Shown here piece by piece: positions 8,078-18,845 of a DNA stretch of 50,533 nucleotides. Source of the DNA: an uncultured Eubacterium sp. (GTDB lineage Bacteria; Bacillota; Clostridia; Lachnospirales; Lachnospiraceae); assembly GCA_964595785.1 (NCBI GenBank), contig CAZQRO010000001.1, forward strand, positions 1 through 50,533, in the 5' to 3' direction. A program made the translations under genes and the position numbers. Position 1 is the first letter of the stretch. Every line of letters begins with the position of its first letter. A model generated the notes under the pieces. It was not told the DNA's origin and searched no databases. It saw only the letters and a list, made by a program, of their open reading frames with translations.

Positions 8078-9634
8078 ATGATTTTAAATGTAACAAATTT
8101 AAGCCATGGATTTGGCGATAGAGCAATTTTTAATAATGTTTCTTTCAGATTATTAAAAGGAGAACATATAGGGCTTGTAGGTGCAAATGGTGAAGGAAAA
8201 TCAACGTTCATGAATATTGTTACCGGTAAGTTAATGCCCGATGATGGTAAAGTTGAATGGAATAAAAATGTCAGAGTGGGATATTTAGACCAGCATGCTG
8301 TACTTGAACAGGGAATGACAATTGGCAGTGTTTTAAAATCTGCATTTTCCTATCTGTTTGAAATGGAAGAGCAGATGAATAAAATCTGTGATAAATTAGG
8401 TGAGGCATCAGAAGAAGAGATGACAGTTATGATGGAAGAACTTGGAACTATCCAGGATACGCTGACAAATCATGATTTCTATACTATTGATGCAAAAGTA
8501 GAGGAAGTAGCAAGAGCATTGGGATTAATTGAATTAGGACTTGACCATGATGTTATGGACTTAAGCGGAGGGCAGAGAACAAAAGTACTGCTTGGTAAAT
8601 TATTGCTTGAGAAACCGGACATACTTTTGTTAGATGAGCCTACAAATTATTTAGATGCCAATCACATAGAATGGCTTAAACGTTATCTACAGGAATATGA
8701 AAATGCATTTATACTTATTTCCCACGATATTCCTTTTTTAAACAGTGTTGTGAATATTATATATCACATGGATAATCAAGAACTTAACAGATATGTGGGC
8801 GATTATGATAAATTCATGGAAGTATATGAGATGAAACAGGCACAGTTAGAATCAGCATATAAGAGACAGCAACAGGAAATAGATGATTTAAAAGACTTTG
8901 TAGCAAGAAATAAAGCAAGAGTATCTACAAGAAATATGGCAATGTCAAGACAGAAGAAATTAGATAAGATGGACGTAATAGAACTGAAGAAAGAAAAACC
9001 AAAGCCGGAATTCTATTTTAAGAATGCAAGAACGACAGGTAAAGTGGTTTTTGAGACAACTGACTTAGTAATCGGTTATGATAAGAATGCACCACTTTCT
9101 AAGCCAATCAATCTTAGAATGGAACGTGGTGAGAAAATAGCTGTTACAGGTACAAACGGCATAGGTAAAACCACATTTTTAAAGAGTGTTCTTAATATTA
9201 TAGAACCTCTGTCAGGCAAAGCAGCTTTAGGCGATTATCTTGAAATCGGATATTTTGCACAGGAAATAATACCGGGAGGAAACAGTTGTATAGAAGAAAT
9301 ATGGGAGGAATTCCCTTCATACAGTCAGTATGAAGTGCGTTCAGCACTTGCTAAATGTGGTCTTACAACAAAGCATATAGAAAGCCTTGTAAGAGTATTA
9401 AGTGGTGGAGAACAGGCAAAAGTAAGACTTTGCAAGCTTATTAACAGGGAAACTAACATTTTACTGTTAGATGAGCCTACTAATCATTTAGATGTAGATG
9501 CAAAAGAAGAATTAAAGCGTGCCCTTAAGGAGTATAAGGGAGCAATTCTTTTAGTTTGTCATGAACCTGAATTCTATGAAGATTTAGTGGATAAAGTATG
9601 GAATCTGGAAGAATTCTCATTGTTATCAGTGTAG
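8078..9634 (+). CDS. ABC-F family ribosome-associated ATPase (YfmM-like)
   Basis: Two ABC cassettes (GANGEGKS/LSGGQ/LLLDEPTN and GTNGIGKT/LSGGE/LLLDEPTNHLD) with a linker and no TM segments. N-terminus LSHGFGDRAIF..VSFRLLKGEH resembles B. subtilis YfmM as I recall it. Confidence 0.9.
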   Translation: MILNVTNLSHGFGDRAIFNNVSFRLLKGEHIGLVGANGEGKSTFMNIVTGKLMPDDGKVEWNKNVRVGYLDQHAVLEQGMTIGSVLKSAFSYLFEMEEQMNKICDKLGEASEEEMTVMMEELGTIQDTLTNHDFYTIDAKVEEVARALGLIELGLDHDVMDLSGGQRTKVLLGKLLLEKPDILLLDEPTNYLDANHIEWLKRYLQEYENAFILISHDIPFLNSVVNIIYHMDNQELNRYVGDYDKFMEVYEMKQAQLESAYKRQQQEIDDLKDFVARNKARVSTRNMAMSRQKKLDKMDVIELKKEKPKPEFYFKNARTTGKVVFETTDLVIGYDKNAPLSKPINLRMERGEKIAVTGTNGIGKTTFLKSVLNIIEPLSGKAALGDYLEIGYFAQEIIPGGNSCIEEIWEEFPSYSQYEVRSALAKCGLTTKHIESLVRVLSGGEQAKVRLCKLINRETNILLLDEPTNHLDVDAKEELKRALKEYKGAILLVCHEPEFYEDLVDKVWNLEEFSLLSV

Positions 9635-9724
9635 TATGGTAAGATTTTATGAATTATAAACATTCAGAGTATAAAGGATTAACGTTTAATGTTGGTGTTA
9701 TATTAAGATAAATGAATGGAGTTA

Positions 9725-9857
9725 GTGTGAAAAATATGCTTGACAGCATATTTTTCGCACACAAGTTTGTGACGAAGCACAAACTTGAAATTGCACATGA
9801 GAAATCGCCTTTGCGAATTTCTCATGGCAGTGCCTTCACAAAAAACAACTTCGGCAT
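9725..9857 (+). repeat. Structured intergenic element, copy A (candidate cis-regulatory RNA or MITE-like element)
   Basis: Three hairpins (9725-9760, 9762-9787, 9792-9829) plus an A-rich tail ending at the SD. Homologous to 18699-18834. Confidence 0.8.
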
Positions 9858-9869
9858 GAAAGGATTAAG

Positions 9870-10775
9870 ATGTTAATTACAAATTGTAATCTTTGTCCAA
9901 GAAAATGTGGAGCAGACAGAACAAATGGAGTGGGATATTGTGGTTCCGGTTCAAAAGTGAAAATTGCCAGAGCAGCACTTCATTATATGGAAGAACCATG
10001 CATAAGCGGCAAAAATGGCAGTGGAACCATATTTTTCAGCGGGTGTAATCTAAAATGCTGTTTTTGTCAGAATTATCAGTTATCACATGAATGTTTTGGC
10101 AAAGAGATAAGTGTGGATAGACTTAAAAATATTTTTCTTGAACTGAAAGAAAAAGGTGCTAATAATATTAATCTGGTAACAGGAACCATGTATGTGCCGT
10201 TCATTATTAAAGCACTTGATAACCTTAAATATAAATTAAATATACCCATAGTATATAATTGTGGAGGGTATGAGAGCATAGAGACACTTAAAATGCTTGA
10301 AGGTTATGTGGATATTTATCTTCAGGATATAAAATACTATAGTGATGAGTTATCAATAAAATACTCAGGTGCAGACAAATATTTTAAAAATGCCTCAAAG
10401 GCAGTTGCAGAGATGATAAGGCAAACAGGCAGTCCTGTGTTTTATGAAAGGGAAAGTGAGCCTGATAAACTTTTAAAAAGTGGAGTAATTATCAGACATC
10501 TTGTACTTCCTGGAGGCAGAAAAGATTCTATGAAAATACTTAAATGGATATCAGAAAATCTTGGCAGGGCGAGTTATCTGATAAGTATAATGAGTCAGTA
10601 CACTCCATTTTATAAAAGCAAAGATTTTAAAGAAATTAACAGAATTGTCACAAGTTTTGAGTATGATAGCGTGGTAGAAGAGGCATTAAGACTCGGAATT
10701 GATAACGGCTATATGCAGAACAGGGGCAGCGCTAGAAGAGAATATACACCGGATTTTGATTTAGAAGGCGTATAA
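9870..10775 (+). CDS. PflX-like radical SAM protein
   Basis: N-terminal CNLCPRKC, EEPCISG..GSGTIFFSGCNLKCCFCQN (CxxxCxxC), IIRHLVLPG, MSQYTP. Confidence 0.85.
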   Translation: MLITNCNLCPRKCGADRTNGVGYCGSGSKVKIARAALHYMEEPCISGKNGSGTIFFSGCNLKCCFCQNYQLSHECFGKEISVDRLKNIFLELKEKGANNINLVTGTMYVPFIIKALDNLKYKLNIPIVYNCGGYESIETLKMLEGYVDIYLQDIKYYSDELSIKYSGADKYFKNASKAVAEMIRQTGSPVFYERESEPDKLLKSGVIIRHLVLPGGRKDSMKILKWISENLGRASYLISIMSQYTPFYKSKDFKEINRIVTSFEYDSVVEEALRLGIDNGYMQNRGSARREYTPDFDLEGV

Positions 10776-10824
10776 AACGGGTGATAAGTATATCTATTAA
10801 TAATAAAGTGTTAATTATAAGAAA

Positions 10825-12222
10825 ATGAAAGGATATATTACGATTATGGAGAATGAAAATTGCTGGAAAAAGTATTCGGAAAAAGAATTAGAAGAATTAG
10901 AAAAATTAAATGATAATTATAGGGAGTTTCTTGATAATGGTAAAACAGAAAGAGAATGTGTAAAAGAAACCATACGATTATCTGAAGCAGCCGGATATAA
11001 AGACCTTAATGATATAATCAGAAATGATAAGAAATTAAAGGCAGGAGATAAGGTATATTGTTCATATATGGACAAATCCATTGTGTTATTCAATATTGGA
11101 AAGAAACCAATTGAAGAAGGAATGAATATTCTTGGCGCGCATATCGATTCGCCGCGTCTTGATTTGAAACAGAATCCTCTTTATGAAGAAACAGAAATTG
11201 CATATCTTGATACTCATTATTATGGAGGAATTAAGAAATACCAATGGGTAACAATTCCACTTGCAGTTCATGGAATAGTGGTAAAAACTGACGGTACAAA
11301 GACAGAGATTGTAATAGGAGAAGAAGATAATGACCCTGTAGTATTTATTTCCGACCTCTTAATACATTTAGCACAGACACAGTTAGAGAAAAAAGGTGTT
11401 AAAGTAATAGAGGGAGAAGATCTCAACATAATAATCGGCAATAAACCTCTCGCAGGTGAAGAAAAAGATGCAGTAAAGAAAAATATTTTAAAAATTATAA
11501 AAGATAAATATGATTTTGAAGAAGAAGATTTTATGTCGGCGGAATTAGAAGTAGTACCGGCAGGCAAAGCAAGAAATGCCGGAATGGATTCAAGCATGAT
11601 TCTCGCATATGGACAGGATGACAGGGTGTGTGCATATACATCACTGGCAGCCATGATTGATAAGAAAAAAGTTAATAAGACATCCTGCCTTCTTCTGGTG
11701 GATAAAGAAGAAATTGGAAGTGTGGGTGCTACGGGAATGCGTTCTAAATTTTTTGAAAACACACTGGCAGAAGTATTAGAACGAATGGGTGAATACTCTG
11801 AACTTAAACTTAGACGAACACTTGCTAATTCTATGATGTTGTCATCGGACGTAAGTGCAGCATATGATCCGACGTATTCATCAGTATTTGAGAAGAAGAA
11901 TTCAGCATATTTATCAAAGGGCATAGTGATTAATAAATTTACCGGAAGCAGGGGCAAATCAGGCTCGAATGATGCTAATGCTGAGTATATTGGTATAGTA
12001 CGAAAGATTTTTGAAAAGCATAAAGTTGCATATCAGACAGCAGAACTTGGTAAAGTAGACCAGGGTGGCGGAGGAACAATTGCTTATATTATGGCACTTT
12101 ACGGAATGAATGTAATAGACAGCGGCGTAGCGGTACTTAATATGCATGCACCACATGAGGCTGTAAGTAAGGCAGATGTATATGAAGCAAAGAAAGGATA
12201 TTCAGCATTTATATCTGAATAG
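10825..12222 (+). CDS. M18 family aminopeptidase (ApeA-like); start may be 10846
   Basis: AHIDSPRLDLK, HYYGGIKKYQW, GQDDRVC, DKEEIGS, MHAPHE. Confidence 0.9.
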   Translation: MKGYITIMENENCWKKYSEKELEELEKLNDNYREFLDNGKTERECVKETIRLSEAAGYKDLNDIIRNDKKLKAGDKVYCSYMDKSIVLFNIGKKPIEEGMNILGAHIDSPRLDLKQNPLYEETEIAYLDTHYYGGIKKYQWVTIPLAVHGIVVKTDGTKTEIVIGEEDNDPVVFISDLLIHLAQTQLEKKGVKVIEGEDLNIIIGNKPLAGEEKDAVKKNILKIIKDKYDFEEEDFMSAELEVVPAGKARNAGMDSSMILAYGQDDRVCAYTSLAAMIDKKKVNKTSCLLLVDKEEIGSVGATGMRSKFFENTLAEVLERMGEYSELKLRRTLANSMMLSSDVSAAYDPTYSSVFEKKNSAYLSKGIVINKFTGSRGKSGSNDANAEYIGIVRKIFEKHKVAYQTAELGKVDQGGGGTIAYIMALYGMNVIDSGVAVLNMHAPHEAVSKADVYEAKKGYSAFISE

Positions 12223-12255
12223 GAATGTATAATTTTAATACTTTAACCATAATTA

Positions 12256-12804
12256 TTAAATAATCTGGTTTAGTTTTCTTTTACACAATTTCTCTAATAT
12301 ATAATTTATATCTTCAATTCTGTATATATCATTTTCAAAACAGTAACGGATAACTAAATCAGTTTCTGAAGAATTAATAAGGGAATATCCAACGGTTTTA
12401 AGTAATGCCCTTGCCTCGGATATATTTAAATCAAGTCCGAAGCATATGGCAATGGCTTCCCATTTTTCAACAGGACATGCTAAATCAGACACTTTGGAAA
12501 ATATTCTTGCTTCTAAACCATATTCCGAACAGATAGTTGGTGATTTTAATTTATTTTCATCAAGATATATATTTACAATATCTTGAAAATTATCAAGATT
12601 GCCATGAGCAGCATACCATTCATTACATTCATCTCTTTCAGAATCAGATTTAAGTGATAATGCATTAAATGCATATTTATCACTGCCTCGCTCTCTGATA
12701 AAATGTACCTGAATAAAAATTCTTGCCTCGTCACAGTAGGCTTCTCTTCTTTTATTCAATCCTCTGCCACTGAATTTAGAAAATATAGACAAAATAATCA
12801 CCAC
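12256..12804 (-). CDS. Hypothetical protein with HTH-like C-terminal domain
   Basis: 182-aa ORF. AIAICFGLDLNISEARALLKTVGYSL...DLVIRYCFEN.IY.IEDIN resembles the C-terminal module of clostridial macro-domain/XRE-like proteins. Confidence 0.6.
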   Translation of the reverse strand: MVIILSIFSKFSGRGLNKRREAYCDEARIFIQVHFIRERGSDKYAFNALSLKSDSERDECNEWYAAHGNLDNFQDIVNIYLDENKLKSPTICSEYGLEARIFSKVSDLACPVEKWEAIAICFGLDLNISEARALLKTVGYSLINSSETDLVIRYCFENDIYRIEDINYILEKLCKRKLNQII

Positions 12805-12988
12805 TTTCTGTATATGTTAGAATATATCATAGCACATTTTTATAGTAAATTAAACAGAAAGTTTTCAATGTAAAATAACCATGCTATTATATTTATTGAT
12901 TAATCTGAAAAAAATTAGTATAATAAACCTCAAACGGATTTTAATAGAAAAGGAGTGCCTAAGTTACAGGCAGTTGTGAATAGCGGAT

Positions 12989-14803
12989 ATGTCATTAATT
13001 AAACAGGAAAATATAAGGAATTTTTGTATTATAGCCCATATTGACCATGGAAAATCAACACTTGCAGACAGGATAATTGAAAAAACAGGTCTTCTTACAA
13101 GCAGAGAGATGCAGGCACAGGTGCTAGACAATATGGAGTTAGAAAGAGAAAGAGGAATAACTATTAAGTCTCAGGCTGTCAGAACTGTATATAAAGCTGA
13201 TAATGGAGAAGAATATGTATTTAATCTGATTGATACACCGGGACATGTGGATTTTAATTATGAAGTATCAAGAAGTCTTGCTGCCTGCGATGGTGCTATA
13301 CTTGTAGTTGATGCAGCACAGGGAATTGAAGCACAGACACTTGCCAATGTATATATGGCCTTTGACCATGACCTTGAAGTAATGCCTGTAATTAATAAGA
13401 TTGACCTTCCAAGTGCAGAACCGGAGAGAGTTATTGATGAAATAGAAGATATTATCGGAATAGAAGCTCATAATGCACCGCTTATCTCAGCTAAGAACGG
13501 ATTAAATGTAGAACAGGTATTAGAGCAGATTGTTACAAAACTACCGGCACCAAATGGTGATAAGAATGCACCACTTAAAGCCTTAATATTTGACAGTATT
13601 TACGATTCATATAAAGGTGTAATTGTATTTTTCAGAATAATGGAAGGTACTGTTAAAGTTGGAACACAGGTTAGAATGATGGCTACTAAAGCTACGGCTA
13701 ACGTAGTGGAGGTGGGTTACTTTGGAGCAGGACAGTATATTCCATGTGAGGAACTTACGGCGGGAATGGTAGGATATTTCACTGCAAGCATTAAAAATGT
13801 TAAAGATACCACAGTAGGTGACACTATAACAGATGATAATAATCCATGTGATGAAGCATTACCGGGATATAAAAAAGTTAATTCAATGGTGTACTGTGGA
13901 CTCTATCCGGCAGATGGAGCAAAATATCCTGACCTTAGGGATGCTTTAGAAAAATTGCAGTTAAATGATGCATCACTTAATTATGAACCGGAGACTTCTA
14001 TTGCATTGGGATTTGGTTTCAGATGCGGATTCTTAGGTTTATTACATCTTGAGATTATTCAGGAGAGACTTGAGAGAGAATATAATCTTGATTTAGTTAC
14101 TACAGCACCGGGTGTTATTTATAAAGTATATAAGACAAATGGTGAAGTTATTAATTTAACTAATCCGTCAAACCTTCCGGATCCTTCGGAAATAGATTAT
14201 ATGGAAGAACCTGTTGTAAAAGCAGAAATAATGGTTACGACAGAATTCATTGGTTCCATAATGGAATTGTGTCAGGAACGGCGAGGCAATTATCTGGGTA
14301 TGGAGTATATTGAAGGAACCAGAGCATTATTAAAATATGAACTCCCTTTAAATGAGATAATCTATGATTTCTTTGATGCACTTAAGTCGCGCTCAAAAGG
14401 TTATGCTTCATTTGATTATGAAATGAAAGGCTATGAGCGTTCAGAACTTGTTAAATTAGATATACTTATTAACAAAGAAGAAGTAGATGCATTATCCTTT
14501 ATAGTTCATGCAGGAACGGCATATGAACGTGGAAGAAAAATGTGTGAGAAACTTAAAGACGAGATTCCAAGACAGTTGTTTGAGATACCTATTCAGGCAG
14601 CAATCGGCAGCAAGGTAATCGCAAGAGAAACAGTCAAGGCGATGAGAAAAGACATACTTGCAAAATGTTATGGCGGTGATATTACCCGTAAGAAAAAACT
14701 TCTTGAGAAACAGAAAGAGGGTAAGAAGCGTATGCGCCAGGTGGGTGATGTAGAGATACCACAGAAAGCATTTATGAGCGTATTGAAATTAGATGATAAA
14801 TAA
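12989..14803 (+). CDS. lepA: Elongation factor 4
   Basis: [57 protein letters not shown]. Confidence 0.98.
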   Translation: MSLIKQENIRNFCIIAHIDHGKSTLADRIIEKTGLLTSREMQAQVLDNMELERERGITIKSQAVRTVYKADNGEEYVFNLIDTPGHVDFNYEVSRSLAACDGAILVVDAAQGIEAQTLANVYMAFDHDLEVMPVINKIDLPSAEPERVIDEIEDIIGIEAHNAPLISAKNGLNVEQVLEQIVTKLPAPNGDKNAPLKALIFDSIYDSYKGVIVFFRIMEGTVKVGTQVRMMATKATANVVEVGYFGAGQYIPCEELTAGMVGYFTASIKNVKDTTVGDTITDDNNPCDEALPGYKKVNSMVYCGLYPADGAKYPDLRDALEKLQLNDASLNYEPETSIALGFGFRCGFLGLLHLEIIQERLEREYNLDLVTTAPGVIYKVYKTNGEVINLTNPSNLPDPSEIDYMEEPVVKAEIMVTTEFIGSIMELCQERRGNYLGMEYIEGTRALLKYELPLNEIIYDFFDALKSRSKGYASFDYEMKGYERSELVKLDILINKEEVDALSFIVHAGTAYERGRKMCEKLKDEIPRQLFEIPIQAAIGSKVIARETVKAMRKDILAKCYGGDITRKKKLLEKQKEGKKRMRQVGDVEIPQKAFMSVLKLDDK

Positions 14804-14810
14804 AACTATT

Positions 14811-15072
14811 GTTTAGTGGAGTAAATGATGTACAGAAATAAAGTGTGTCTTTTGCTACGTTGTTCGGGAAAAGATATTCTAAGTATTCACCTGTATGTCT
14901 TATCAATTTTATGCTACCGTCTTCGAATCTGCCCTCCGTGGCAGTCGGAGACTTTTCCGAACACGATGTTCGGAAATAGCTTAATATTAGAGGAATACTA
15001 AGAATATCTAATTCCCTTCCAAAGTCGCAGGCGCCACACTTTATTTCTGCACAATATTTCACTATGCTAAAC
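14811..15072. repeat. ~260-nt nested inverted-repeat element (candidate ncRNA or palindromic mobile element)
   Basis: CAGAAATAAAGTGTG (14833-47) / CACACTTTATTTCTG (15035-49); AGATATTCTAAGTATTC / GAATACTAAGAATATCT; inner junction with hairpins at 14919-52 and 14954-76. Confidence 0.75.
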
Positions 15073-15167
15073 TACTCGCTAATAATGGTGGTTTCTTGTA
15101 AGAATTAGGATTAACAAAAGGCGTTTTTTACAATACATTTTTAAAAATGCCCAGATATGGAGGAAAC

Positions 15168-16304
15168 ATGGCAGCAGGAATTTATGTTCACATTCCATTT
15201 TGTAAACAGAAATGTTTGTATTGTGACTTTGTCTCAGGGCAAGGCAAGGATACAGACATGGAATTATATCAGAAAGCATTGATAAATGAAATTGAATTAA
15301 CAGATATAAAAGAGCCTGTTGATTCAGTTTTTTTTGGAGGTGGGACACCATCTGTTTACAGCGTTGAATATATAGAGGAAATATTAGCTTTAATTATTAA
15401 AAAATATGGTATTGATTCAGATAATAGTGAGATAACCATAGAAGTTAATCCGGGAACGATTGATTATGATAAACTTGTGCGTTACAAAAATATAGTAATA
15501 AACAGATTAAGCATTGGACTGCAGTCAGCAAATAATAATGAATTAAGGACATTAGGAAGAATTCATTCGTATGAGGAATTTCTTAAGAATTACGAAAACG
15601 CACGAAGAGCAGGATTTACTAATATTAACATTGATTTAATGTCTGCTATTCCTTATCAGACTGTGGAGTCATATATGGAAACACTTAAGAAAGTAATTAA
15701 TCTTAAGCCGGAGCATATCTCATCTTACAGTCTTATAATAGAAGAAGGAACCCCGTTTTTTGATAAATATAGTGAGGGAATGCCATTTAGCGAAGCGATA
15801 CCTGATGAAGAAACAGACAGGAAGATGTACTGCCTGACTAAAGAATTTTTAGCAAAAAATGGATATAACAGATATGAAATTTCTAATTATTCTAAGGAAA
15901 ACCATGAGTGCATGCATAACATAAAGTACTGGAGCAGAGAGAATTATTATGGATTTGGTGTGGCGGCGGCTTCATTAGTTAATAACGTGAGATATACTAA
16001 TACAGACAGTAGAAAGATGTATATCGATAACGCTGGTAATCCTCAAAGTATCAGAAGAGATATTGAGTATATAGGTGTAAATGAACAGATTGAGGAATAT
16101 ATGTTTCTTGGACTTAGAAAAATGCAGGGTATTAATACAGGGCAATTTGAAAAAGTTTTTGGAAAGCGTATGGAAGATGTATATGGAGATATCCCTGATA
16201 GATTGTGCAGACAGGGTTTGTGCAGATATGATAATGAATATTTCTATCTTACAGATTACGGAGTGGATATAAGTAATACCGTATTTACGGAATTTATGTT
16301 TTGA
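15168..16304 (+). CDS. hemW: Radical SAM heme chaperone HemW (HemN-like)
   Basis: IYVHIPFCKQKCLYCDF, FGGGTPS, YEISNY, HNIKYW. Conserved lepA-hemW synteny. SD GGAGGA before ATG 15168. Confidence 0.92.
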   Translation: MAAGIYVHIPFCKQKCLYCDFVSGQGKDTDMELYQKALINEIELTDIKEPVDSVFFGGGTPSVYSVEYIEEILALIIKKYGIDSDNSEITIEVNPGTIDYDKLVRYKNIVINRLSIGLQSANNNELRTLGRIHSYEEFLKNYENARRAGFTNINIDLMSAIPYQTVESYMETLKKVINLKPEHISSYSLIIEEGTPFFDKYSEGMPFSEAIPDEETDRKMYCLTKEFLAKNGYNRYEISNYSKENHECMHNIKYWSRENYYGFGVAAASLVNNVRYTNTDSRKMYIDNAGNPQSIRRDIEYIGVNEQIEEYMFLGLRKMQGINTGQFEKVFGKRMEDVYGDIPDRLCRQGLCRYDNEYFYLTDYGVDISNTVFTEFMF

Positions 16305-16436
16305 TTAAAGTCCTATTGGGTTGTTAGATAAGTCGTAACGTTCAGCCTATTAAATAATTATAAAGTGCTTGTTATTTTATAATGAGTTAAGTATAATTAA
16401 ATTCAAACGCAATAAAAGAAACGGAGGATTAATCAA

Positions 16437-16955
16437 ATGGGAGAAGTATACCATGAATATATGATAAAAAGGAAGAAAACAGTTATTGGAATAATGCTTA
16501 GAGTAGTAATTATCTTATTATGTGTGGCATCAGTTCTTTTAGCTTCTGTTTTTGGACCGATTGCATTTGTGGCAGGAGTTGCATTTGCATATTTGACAAG
16601 ATATATATTTCAAATGACAGATATAGAATTTGAATACCAGTATTTAAGTGGTGAATGTCAGGTTGATAAGATATGCGGTAAAATGAAAAGAAAAGGCTGC
16701 GGCAAAATAGAAATGGATAAAGTAGAAATAATTGCACCGGAAGATTCAAAGTTACTTGAGCAATTTGAAAAACAAGTATATAAACTCAGGGATTTTTCTT
16801 CACTTGAGAAAGATGCTGACAGGTATGTGGCATTTGAAAGAAATGATTCATCTTTGATAAAAGTAATATTTGAGCCTAATGATGATATAATAAAGGAAAT
16901 GCAGATGGCTGCACCAAGAAAGGTACACGTTAAAGGCGAAGAAAGACCATACTAA
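16437..16955 (+). CDS. Conserved membrane protein (DUF6106-like)
   Basis: Two N-terminal TM segments, EFEY...VDKI..K.KRK, FEPN...APRKV. SD GGAGGA. Confidence 0.7.
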   Translation: MGEVYHEYMIKRKKTVIGIMLRVVIILLCVASVLLASVFGPIAFVAGVAFAYLTRYIFQMTDIEFEYQYLSGECQVDKICGKMKRKGCGKIEMDKVEIIAPEDSKLLEQFEKQVYKLRDFSSLEKDADRYVAFERNDSSLIKVIFEPNDDIIKEMQMAAPRKVHVKGEERPY

Positions 16956-17017
16956 ACAGAGTGATATTTAGAAAATAGAAAGAATTAAATTATTATAAAA
17001 TAATCATTAATTATAAA

Positions 17018-17046
17018 TTGACATAATTATTTTAATCTGTTAAAAT
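17018..17046 (+). promoter_or_regulatory. Sigma-A promoter of guaB
   Basis: TTGACA-17 nt-TAAAAT with extended -10 TG. Confidence 0.7.
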
Positions 17047-17052
17047 TGATGA

Positions 17053-18540
<1,488 letters not shown>

Positions 18541-18586
18541 ATTTTAAAACATAACGAATATATATAAAAGGTAATAGAAATCAACT

Positions 18587-18629
18587 ATAAAAAGTGCTAA
18601 AATATATTATATATTTTAGTACTTTTTGT
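18587..18629 (+). terminator. Intrinsic terminator after guaB
   Basis: AAAAAGTGCTAAAATATA / TATATTTTAGTACTTTTT inverted repeat. Confidence 0.75.
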
Positions 18630-18698
18630 GGTTTGCAGATTTTAGGAGAATATCGTAAATTTAGAAGCAGCCTATAGAAATATTATGACATGGAGGAA

Positions 18699-18834
18699 GA
18701 GTGAAAAATTTTTCTGAAGAGAAAATTTTTTACTTAGCAAGTTTGTGACGGAGCACAGACTTGAATTATTGCAGCATAGAAATCGCCTGCGCGATTTTCT
18801 ATGCGCAGAGCCTTCGCAAAAAAAACTCCGGCAT
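18699..18834 (+). repeat. Structured intergenic element, copy B
   Basis: Hairpins at 18699-18735, 18738-18763 and 18770-18807, with a tail ending at SD GGAGGA. Homologous to 9725-9857. Confidence 0.8.
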
Positions 18835-18845
18835 GGAGGAAAGAT

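Noticed and set aside
9740-9745. TTGACA as a -35 box inside element copy A
   Set aside because: No -10 at 16-18 nt, and the hexamer is not conserved in copy B (CTGAAG). It is the P1 loop.
14772-15062. 96-aa minus-strand ORF in the lepA-hemW gap
   Set aside because: Coincides with the nested inverted repeat, overlaps the lepA 3' end, and has no SD or recognisable motif.
18801-18845. N-terminal extension of GH31 given by the ORF track
   Set aside because: Lies inside the structured repeat. The SD GGAGGA points to ATG 18846.
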